From a virus, in the IMG/VR virus record IMGVR_UViG_3300042286_000173: DNA of 42,565 nt. One strand, written 5' to 3'. This document shows, piece by piece, positions 27,717 through 33,960 of the stretch (the stretch's first letter is position 1; each line of letters starts with the position of its first letter). The translations under genes and the position numbers were made by a program. The notes under the pieces are model-generated. The model saw only the letters and a program-made list of their open reading frames with translations. It was not told the DNA's origin and made no database searches.

Positions 27717-29729
27717 CGGGTTTCTCCTTAAAATCTGAATGAGTATTCTTCCGTGGCGTCGAACGCCACCTCGTCCGGTATCCCCCGCTGGTTCCTCCAG
27801 CAATCGGGGCAACGATAATCCACTATCCTGCGGTTGCACTCGTGGTGCTTTCCGCTCGGGTCTGTCCACCCCGCACACTTGCGGAGCGGCTGTTCCAATA
27901 TGTCCTGACACGTCGAGCAACGGGGGTGATAGTTGCCCCCCTCGTCGTAAAACTCCGCTATCGGGTAAATCTTCCTGCAGTATGTGCAGGCTTTCCTCGC
28001 TCCTTCTTCCTTCCTCCTGCTCATGGTTCCGCCTCGCTGCAATCTGTTCATCCGAGACAAGCGCTTTGATAAAATCAATGTCGAACCTGTCGCCCTCTTC
28101 CGGTTTCAAATCCAGTGCTTTCTCCGCCACCTCCTGCTTTTCTACCAGCAGCCGCACGACGTGAGCGTCGATACTCTGTTCGAGCACGAGGTGCTGAACG
28201 AGTACGCAGTCCGTGGCGCCTATGCGGTGACACCGGTCCTCCGCCTGTGTGACCCAGCCTGGCGTCCAGTCGAGTTCCGCGAAAATCACGTGGCTTGCCG
28301 CGGTCAGGGTGATACCGACACCGGCAGCGCGTATGCCACCGATGAAAACTTTTACCGTCGGGTCGGTCTGGAAAACGTCTACCGGCGTCTGCCTGTCCTT
28401 TGTCCTGCCGGTTATCGTGACCGCCTTTATGCCCCGGGATGCGAGGCCCGCCGCGATTCCGTCGATTACGTCGTGGTGGTGCGCAAACACCACCACCTTG
28501 CCGCTTGATTCCACGGCGTCGTACAGATACTCGAGCACCTGCGGGATTTTCGATACAGCGGTTTCTCTGCGCACTGCCGAGATTTCCTCGAACAGCCCGA
28601 AGTGCGTCTGCTTCATCTTCTTGACCGCCGCCCTGTACTCTTCTTCGGACCGCGCGGCTTCGAGGTCTGCGGTCAGCAAAGCGAGCCGGGCCTCAATGGC
28701 TTTTTTCGCCTTGGCCTCTGCCTTGAGTGCTTTTGTGTTTCCGTCCGCGGACAACTCCACGATCTGCCGCACTTTTGCGGGCAGTTCCTTTAGCACATCT
28801 TTTTTCAATCTGCGCACCATGCATGAGGTGCGCAATTTCTCCTGCAGCTCGTCAAGGTTTGTCGCCCCTGAATCGTCCCAACCCCATTTTGATTGGAACG
28901 CTCCGCAGTAGCGGCGGGTGTACTCCCAATAACTCGGGAAGGTTTCGGGGGCGAGCGCGTGAATCACGGGCCACAGCTCCACGGGTTTGTTGAGGATCGG
29001 GGTTCCGGTGAGCATGAGTGTACGCTCGGCCATGACGGGCGGCGTATAGCTCCGCTTTCTGTTATCCCCGAAAACCGCGCGCGTGCGCTGCGCTTTGGGG
29101 TTTTTCAGGTAGTGACACTCGTCACACACGAGCAGATCCCACGGTTTTGAGTCGAGCTCTGCTTTGAGCCTGAACAGGATATCGTAGTTTACGAGGATGA
29201 TCTGCGTGTCCGGCCATTTCTTGGCTGTGGCTATTCCGATGGTCATGTCGCGGGTGAGCCACTTGTGCAGCTCGTTACGCCAGTTCGTGAGCAATGTTTT
29301 TGTGGCCACGATGAGAACGTCGGATATCTCCGGTACGGCGTTTATGACGCCGATAGCCTGTATCGTTTTGCCGAGACCCATCTCATCAGCTATGAGGACG
29401 TTGTTTTTGCGCAGCGCATACGCGACCCCCGCCCTCTGATAGGGCAGGTATGCAAGCCCTGCGGGGGCCGGTATGCTGATGTCCGCGTCCGTAGCCGCTG
29501 AGGCGTCGAGCGCCTCCTGCCTGTTCCGCCGTAACTCTCCGAGCTGGGCGGACGCTTTACCGTCCGCGTACTCCGCGAGTTTGTCCGCGTGCGCGGGGTT
29601 GCGTGTGTACCAGACCTTGCGCGCCTTGTCCCACTCGAACCCGGCGTTCATGGGCAGGAGCCGCTCGGCGAACGAGCCTTTCCACACCCAGCGTTTCAGG
29701 GTTTCGTCGTAGGCAAGCGGGTTTGTCAT
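27066..29729 (-). CDS. SNF2-family helicase. The literal stop-free frame is 887 codons, but helicase similarity is confined to about 28080-29729 and the 3' end is unresolved.
   Basis: Motif I ADEMGLGKTIQA. Motif II DECHYLKN. Motif III LTGTP. Motif VI QAEDRCHRIGA. After ...IAARRNHEQEE the frame turns R/G/P-rich, overlaps a better-looking ORF, and then runs in frame into a third gene. Confidence 0.8.
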   Translation of the reverse strand: MTNPLAYDETLKRWVWKGSFAERLLPMNAGFEWDKARKVWYTRNPAHADKLAEYADGKASAQLGELRRNRQEALDASAATDADISIPAPAGLAYLPYQRAGVAYALRKNNVLIADEMGLGKTIQAIGVINAVPEISDVLIVATKTLLTNWRNELHKWLTRDMTIGIATAKKWPDTQIILVNYDILFRLKAELDSKPWDLLVCDECHYLKNPKAQRTRAVFGDNRKRSYTPPVMAERTLMLTGTPILNKPVELWPVIHALAPETFPSYWEYTRRYCGAFQSKWGWDDSGATNLDELQEKLRTSCMVRRLKKDVLKELPAKVRQIVELSADGNTKALKAEAKAKKAIEARLALLTADLEAARSEEEYRAAVKKMKQTHFGLFEEISAVRRETAVSKIPQVLEYLYDAVESSGKVVVFAHHHDVIDGIAAGLASRGIKAVTITGRTKDRQTPVDVFQTDPTVKVFIGGIRAAGVGITLTAASHVIFAELDWTPGWVTQAEDRCHRIGATDCVLVQHLVLEQSIDAHVVRLLVEKQEVAEKALDLKPEEGDRFDIDFIKALVSDEQIAARRNHEQEEGRRSEESLHILQEDLPDSGVLRRGGQLSPPLLDVSGHIGTAAPQVCGVDRPERKAPRVQPQDSGLSLPRLLEEPAGDTGRGGVRRHGRILIQILRRNPMFEKLITLLDRFVCAVERLAAANEKMADGVSFVATADVPTVKPDEGRQTVAAANETGGEPAYLALIRKLGWNPIEDRNIISRYTAEKQEVLKAILDETGGSYGTSTTGAELHQRVLDAFPTEEEKASMPAEPEGDADAEDMFGDEPAQDDDDEFGLDDEPQKPVTLEEFKERLIKWVAGKAENRAKVKAALDNIGAENVSAVPEETRGRILAELGA
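27728..28024 (-). CDS. Cys-rich zinc-finger protein (98 aa), nested in the +1 frame of the long SNF2 ORF
   Basis: ATG at 28024 follows GCGAGGCGGAACC. Four Cys pairs: CTYC, CSTC, C...HEC and CPDC. The overlapping SNF2-frame translation looks like off-frame noise. Confidence 0.65.
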   Translation of the reverse strand: MSRRKEEGARKACTYCRKIYPIAEFYDEGGNYHPRCSTCQDILEQPLRKCAGWTDPSGKHHECNRRIVDYRCPDCWRNQRGIPDEVAFDATEEYSFRF

Positions 29730-30352
29730 CCCAGCGCTCCGAACGCTTTTACCGTGGCCTCGGCCGCCGCGAGCGCGCCGGATGTGTCTTCCTGCGGCGG
29801 CGTGGTATTCATAAATCCGGCGAACCGTAGCAGCTCGGGGTGCTGCTCAAACAGCTTTTTGGTGGTCGTGTACGTGCCGATGATAGTTTCCCACGCATGC
29901 ACAAGTTTGTTGACCTCACACTCGAAAGTTTCTCTCAGGTGGAACCACTCAGCGAGGGTGTCCTGCCTGTTCTGCGCAAGCCAGTAGCCCGTCGCGTCCG
30001 ACCTCCGCGCTTTGCTGTCCATACACACCGAGCCATCAACCATATACACTGCGGGTGTAATTTCTTGGCTGGCTGCGTATCTGAAGGAATTTGGGCGCAA
30101 ATTGCCGTCCGTCGTTCTGCTGAACCGCGCGCATGTAGTGCCGGATCTGCCGACACCGTATTTTTCAAGGACCGCGCGGTCCGCGTAGGGCACGACTACC
30201 GCCTGATGCTCCGCGATTGCGTTCTCCATTTCATCCTCAAGTTCAAGCATGCGCCTGCCCGCGGGGGTGTCGAGCCACTGTTTCGCCGCGTCCTTGCGGA
30301 TCGCACGGGCAATGCTGCTTCGCATGGACGCATTAATCCTCACGCTTTTCAT
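29726..30352 (-). CDS. Hypothetical protein (208 aa)
   Basis: ATG at 30352 follows AGGAGAAAACAGA and forms an ATGA overlap with the upstream stop. Its own stop overlaps the SNF2 start. Confidence 0.6.
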   Translation of the reverse strand: MKSVRINASMRSSIARAIRKDAAKQWLDTPAGRRMLELEDEMENAIAEHQAVVVPYADRAVLEKYGVGRSGTTCARFSRTTDGNLRPNSFRYAASQEITPAVYMVDGSVCMDSKARRSDATGYWLAQNRQDTLAEWFHLRETFECEVNKLVHAWETIIGTYTTTKKLFEQHPELLRFAGFMNTTPPQEDTSGALAAAEATVKAFGALG

Positions 30353-30621
30353 TCTGTTTTCTCCTGCATAATGTTTGCGAGTGCCACGTCGTTGATGCCG
30401 CCGGATAATTTGTTCCGTACGCGCACGGTCAGCCCGCCAGCCTTGTTTACTCTCCATCCGGTTACGACACCGCGCGAGGGCGGCGAGCCTGCGCGGCTGC
30501 GGTAGGTGATTACCCTGCCCGCACGCAGCACTCCGGACGCCGCTCTGCGCAGCGCGGACACCGCGGCCCGCGTCTGCCTCTCGGCGTTGCGCAGCTTTTC
30601 GAGGTTCGGTCCGTTTGTCAT
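30349..30621 (-). CDS. Hypothetical protein (90 aa)
   Basis: An ORF in the operon with ATGA coupling to the next gene. No motif recognised. Confidence 0.5.
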   Translation of the reverse strand: MTNGPNLEKLRNAERQTRAAVSALRRAASGVLRAGRVITYRSRAGSPPSRGVVTGWRVNKAGGLTVRVRNKLSGGINDVALANIMQEKTE

Positions 30622-30628
30622 GATTGGG

Positions 30629-31282
30629 TCAATCCTTGTAATTCATGGGCATGACTATGACCTGATACCCTGCGAGCGGTACTTCGGTGTCACCCTGATA
30701 CACGTCGATAAATACCGGCGCTTTATTTGTGCCGTCCTTATCGGGTTCACAGAACCGCATACGGAACGAAGAATCCCGCCCGAACGCATCCATCAGAAGC
30801 CGGAGCGACGACGCCGAGAACCCCACGGATGCCGTGGCCTCCCCGCACTGCTCGCGCTTCTGGAAAAACTGATCGCTCTGGATAGGCTGATAGTTCTTTT
30901 TCGCCGTCCCCGGCTGGACGAAAAGCTCCTGCTGCGCCCTGCTCAGCACAACAAGTCTCTTCCCGTCGTAGTGCACAGCCGCCGCGGTCTTGTGCTTCGC
31001 CCATTTCACAAGGTCGGGTGTAACCGTGACGAGGATCTCGGGCTCCCAGTCGGTATCGATTTCCGCCGCGGCGCCTGTAATAAACCCATCGCACTCCGTG
31101 GTGTATCTGCACGCAGCGAACCCGTTCAGCGCGACGGCCACGATATGCTCCGTCTGCAAAGTCTCACATTTTTCGTACCGTACGTGTACACACGTGAGTG
31201 TCTCGGTGGAGTCGTCAGAACTCCTGAATGCTGCCACCCTCGCGAATGCTTCCGCTGGAAAAGAAAACTCAGTTATAGCCAT
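30629..31282 (-). CDS. Short DnaN-like sliding-clamp candidate (217 aa)
   Basis: ATG at 31282 follows AAGGAG. The C-terminal ...GYQVIVMPMNYKD mirrors the ...VVMPMRL end of bacterial beta clamps. Beta-rich sequence. It lies in the replication module. Confidence 0.5.
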   Translation of the reverse strand: MAITEFSFPAEAFARVAAFRSSDDSTETLTCVHVRYEKCETLQTEHIVAVALNGFAACRYTTECDGFITGAAAEIDTDWEPEILVTVTPDLVKWAKHKTAAAVHYDGKRLVVLSRAQQELFVQPGTAKKNYQPIQSDQFFQKREQCGEATASVGFSASSLRLLMDAFGRDSSFRMRFCEPDKDGTNKAPVFIDVYQGDTEVPLAGYQVIVMPMNYKD

Positions 31283-31333
31283 GATTCTACTCCTTGCCGC
31301 CGTTCGCGGCTTCGTGATTGTCGACAATGGTCC

Positions 31334-31672
31334 TCAGCCATCCCGCTTGTTTTTTATGTGCGGCGGCCACTTGGCTGCAGGCTCAACGCTGTACCGTGAT
31401 GTCGCGCGCTGCATACTCCTCGTCTCAAGTACGGATATCCTTTCGCGGAGCTGTTTAACCTCGTCGCTTTTGTATTGACCTATTTCTGACAGAGGGCAGT
31501 CATAGTGCCGCGGCTCGTAACATAAATCCGCGCTTGAATCGTACGAGTACTCGTACCCGCGGTCTACGAATAGTCCCACACCTATGAGCCCACATTCCGT
31601 GTCGCGTCCCCGCCATCTGATAAACGGGCAATACGTGCAATCCTCGGGCATTTCATCGACAAGGATTTTCAT
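31334..31672 (-). CDS. Cys-rich hypothetical protein (112 aa)
   Basis: ATG at 31672 follows GGAGGCGGAAGAT. Starts MKILVDEMPEDCTYCPF and has further Cys residues. It shares a leader sequence with the gene at 31895. Confidence 0.55.
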   Translation of the reverse strand: MKILVDEMPEDCTYCPFIRWRGRDTECGLIGVGLFVDRGYEYSYDSSADLCYEPRHYDCPLSEIGQYKSDEVKQLRERISVLETRSMQRATSRYSVEPAAKWPPHIKNKRDG

Positions 31673-31709
31673 ATCTTCCGCCTCCGTCTTTGCGGTGTTC
31701 GATTCCCCG

Positions 31710-31895
31710 TCAGCTCCAAACCTCGTCACGCTCGTCCTGTATGTCCTGCAGGCACTGCGATAAATGCTCAGCAATCGTATTTTCAATGCCAGCTTTTTTA
31801 ATTTCAAGCAGAAGGGAGCGCAGACCGTCGAACTCTTCTTCAGTTTCAAGGGTTATTAATACTGGATTAAAAACTTCTTTTTGCTCGCTTTTCAT
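31710..31895 (-). CDS. Acidic hypothetical protein (61 aa)
   Basis: ATG at 31895 follows GGAGGGTAGAAGAT, a duplicated leader. Lower-GC segment. Confidence 0.5.
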   Translation of the reverse strand: MKSEQKEVFNPVLITLETEEEFDGLRSLLLEIKKAGIENTIAEHLSQCLQDIQDERDEVWS

Positions 31896-31933
31896 ATCTT
31901 CTACCCTCCGTCTTTGCGGTGTTACTCAATTGG

Positions 31934-31997
31934 GCGCCGCGGAGTGTCGCCGTTCCCCGCGGCGCTTGTTGAGCCTCGACCGGCCGTTCCGGTCGAG
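31934..31997 (-). promoter_or_regulatory. Two perfect 9-bp GC hairpins in the intergenic gap
   Basis: gcgccgcgg-N14-ccgcggcgc (31934-31965) and ctcgaccgg-N5-ccggtcgag (31975-31997), read directly. Neither has a clear U-tract. Confidence 0.6.
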
Positions 31998-32005
31998 TAG
32001 TTCCG

Positions 32006-32287
32006 CTACATTTGGAAATATGCGTGTGCTATCGTCCTGCGTATCTCCGGAGCGCCCATATCCACGAGGTGGAACCGGGCACTCACGAGGATTGCCTCGG
32101 CCTGCGCGATATCGTCGTAATCCTCCTGCATGAGTACCTCGGGGGTACCGCCGACCAGTTTGACCGCGCGGTCTACGAGGGTCTGTACACGCATCACATA
32201 CCGCATGGCGGTGGCCGCCTGCTCGGGAGTGCGGCAGGACTCCGCGACGCGGGTCGCTTTAAACGCGAGATCGGTAAGGGTAGTCAT
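32006..32287 (-). CDS. Hypothetical protein (93 aa)
   Basis: The ORF overlaps the upstream gene's stop by 4 nt. Helical, with no motif recognised. Confidence 0.5.
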   Translation of the reverse strand: MTTLTDLAFKATRVAESCRTPEQAATAMRYVMRVQTLVDRAVKLVGGTPEVLMQEDYDDIAQAEAILVSARFHLVDMGAPEIRRTIAHAYFQM

Positions 32288-33111
32288 TTCAAAATCTCCT
32301 CAAGCGCGAACCTCTCTTCGAGGTCATGCACTGACGCCTGATGGTGAAAACGAATAGGCGGGTTTTTCTCCGTGAAAATGAGCTCTTCCTCGGCGAACGC
32401 TTCCCACTTCTTCGGGTCTGCCATTTCCTTTTCCCACTCGAGCATCCGGCGCCACAGCTCGGGGCGGTGTTCACGGAGTTTGCGCAGGATATCGAGCGAC
32501 TGAAGCGGGCAGCAGTAACACGACACCCGGTGAAAAATGTCGTAAAGCCCGCCCCAATGGAACCCGCGGGCTTTACAATACGCGAGCGCCTCGGCCTCGG
32601 TTACACCCCAATCTATGAGCGGGTACCAGTACCTGCACCCCTGCTTGCGCTGGGCTATAGCCCCCGGCTTCTCGGGCCGGAAACATTCATCGGCACCATA
32701 TCCTATGGCCTCGTATATGGTGCCGACGCCTTTTACCTGCTCGAGCCCCTTTTTGTAATGCCGCAGGGCGCGTGTTTTAACTCTGGTGCACCAGCGCCTG
32801 AACGGGCTCGGCCAACCATTGCCAACCCTGCGTAGGTGCCCCGCTTTTTCGCTGCTCGTCCGCGCGTTCCAGAAAACATGTGTTTTCAGCATCCACTCGT
32901 TGAACCCCTTCGGGGATTCGAGGAGAACAACCTTGCGGCCCGATACCTTTTCAAACAGGGCTATGTGCTCGTACATCTCGGGGAACTCCCAACCCGTGTC
33001 AAACATAACAGGGTCGAGAAATTCTATGCCGCGGTCCTGCATCATCAGGATCATGGCCGTGGAATCCTTGCCACCGCTGAATGAGGGGAGAACGGAGAAT
33101 GGTGTACTCAT
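32284..33111 (-). CDS. PAPS reductase / PP-loop ATPase family protein
   Basis: PP-loop SFSGGKDS near the N-terminus. C-terminal Cys cluster HRVSCYCCP. 275 aa. Confidence 0.85.
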   Translation of the reverse strand: MSTPFSVLPSFSGGKDSTAMILMMQDRGIEFLDPVMFDTGWEFPEMYEHIALFEKVSGRKVVLLESPKGFNEWMLKTHVFWNARTSSEKAGHLRRVGNGWPSPFRRWCTRVKTRALRHYKKGLEQVKGVGTIYEAIGYGADECFRPEKPGAIAQRKQGCRYWYPLIDWGVTEAEALAYCKARGFHWGGLYDIFHRVSCYCCPLQSLDILRKLREHRPELWRRMLEWEKEMADPKKWEAFAEEELIFTEKNPPIRFHHQASVHDLEERFALEEILK

Positions 33112-33224
33112 CAGAACCCCCGCCCTTTCCTGCGGAGCATTGTTGCCGCGGCGGCTTCTGCGTAGGTGAGGCCGGATATGGTGGTGTGCCTGCCGTCTTT
33201 CGTTACGGTGATATCGGTGGTCAT
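33111..33224 (-). CDS. Possible 37-aa leader peptide or small protein
   Basis: ATG at 33224 follows AGGAG. Its stop overlaps the PAPS-reductase start by 1 nt. It is very short, so the call is uncertain. Confidence 0.35.
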   Translation of the reverse strand: MTTDITVTKDGRHTTISGLTYAEAAAATMLRRKGRGF

Positions 33225-33250
33225 TTGCGGAACTCCTGTTTTAGTTAATC

Positions 33251-33296
33251 CCAAAATAACGCGCCGGAGCCGTCGAGACTCCGACGCGGTGTTTTT
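33251..33296. terminator. Bidirectional intrinsic terminator inside the 5' leader of the leftward operon
   Basis: cgcgccggag-N9-ctccgacgcg gives 9 of 10 pairs. Flanked by gtgttttt on the + strand and ttattttgg on the - strand. Confidence 0.6.
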
Positions 33297-33471
33297 GAAA
33301 TTATCTTTCCAGTCCTTTCTTTGCCTCTGCCCAGCTATCCGGCGGCTAACCGTGTTACACACGTCGAGGCGTCTACCGTCCTGCTGGCTCCCGCGTCCTA
33401 CTGATTGGCGGGCTTGGCATCACTATTTGATTTTGAGAGAGCGGGGCGGCTTCCTCGCCGTCCGTGAATCC

Positions 33472-33499
33472 AATATACACTTGTGGCGTGAACATGCAA
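33472..33499 (-). promoter_or_regulatory. Candidate sigma70-type leftward promoter
   Basis: Minus strand TTGCAT-16 nt-TATATT. A GTGAACA hexamer overlaps the -35 and spacer. Confidence 0.4.
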
Positions 33500-33681
33500 G
33501 CCCTTTTGTTCATTTTTCTAAAATTTTTTATTTCACTTGAAAAACGTAATATATTCTGCGTATATGCGGTTCGGAAAGGGTCTGGATAGTGGTTGCGGGT
33601 CTGTCGGTCGGGGCGTTCCGCCTCGCGAATAGCCGTACCGAGTGAACACCTGTCACGTGAACGTGGTTGACGAATGTTCAC
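33488..33681. promoter_or_regulatory. Five GTGAAC/GTTCAC hexamers (putative operator half-sites)
   Basis: GTGAACA 33488-33494, TGTTCA 33507-33512, GTGAACA 33642-33648, GTGAACG 33657-33663, TGTTCAC 33675-33681. They sit next to the Cro-like gene. Confidence 0.5.
33537..33566 (+). promoter_or_regulatory. Candidate sigma70-type rightward promoter
   Basis: TTGAAA-18 nt-TATATG in the AT-rich core of the divergent region. Confidence 0.4.
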
Positions 33682-33702
33682 TTGTCAGATTACATCGGTG
33701 TT

Positions 33703-33960
33703 ATGAAATGGTTTAACGGTGAAAAAGCAGCACTCGCGCGGGCTGCGGGGATGAAACAGCGCGAGCTCAACAATTTTGCACGGGGATCACGGAAATTTTC
33801 CGTAGAAATGGCGCGCGTTCTGGAGGACGCGTCTGCCCGCGTGCTTGGTGAGACTCGCCGCATACCCGCTGCCGCATGGCTCCGGCTCGAAGGCCACCCC
33901 CTGATAGAAAATTTTGTCACGCGCAGCCCTGCGCACTGTGAGGGCGACCGTGACACATAA
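33703..33960 (+). CDS. Cro/YdaS-like helix-turn-helix regulator (85 aa)
   Basis: MKWFNGEKAALARAAGMKQRELNNFARGSRKFSVEMARVLE has the short Cro/YdaS HTH pattern. The ORF-track start at 33667 is a TTG lying inside the operator cluster. Confidence 0.7.
   Translation: MKWFNGEKAALARAAGMKQRELNNFARGSRKFSVEMARVLEDASARVLGETRRIPAAAWLRLEGHPLIENFVTRSPAHCEGDRDT

Noticed and set aside
33667-33702. N-terminal extensions offered by the ORF track: TTG 33667 for the HTH gene, TTG 33914 for the primase, GTG 24971 for PolA, and upstream starts at 31327, 31849, 30457, 33362, 37321, 38707 and 40033
   Set aside because: The extensions use non-ATG or RBS-less starts and encode R-rich or junk-like leaders. Each has a downstream ATG or GTG with a Shine-Dalgarno sequence, or an ATGA-type coupling, which gives a more plausible start.
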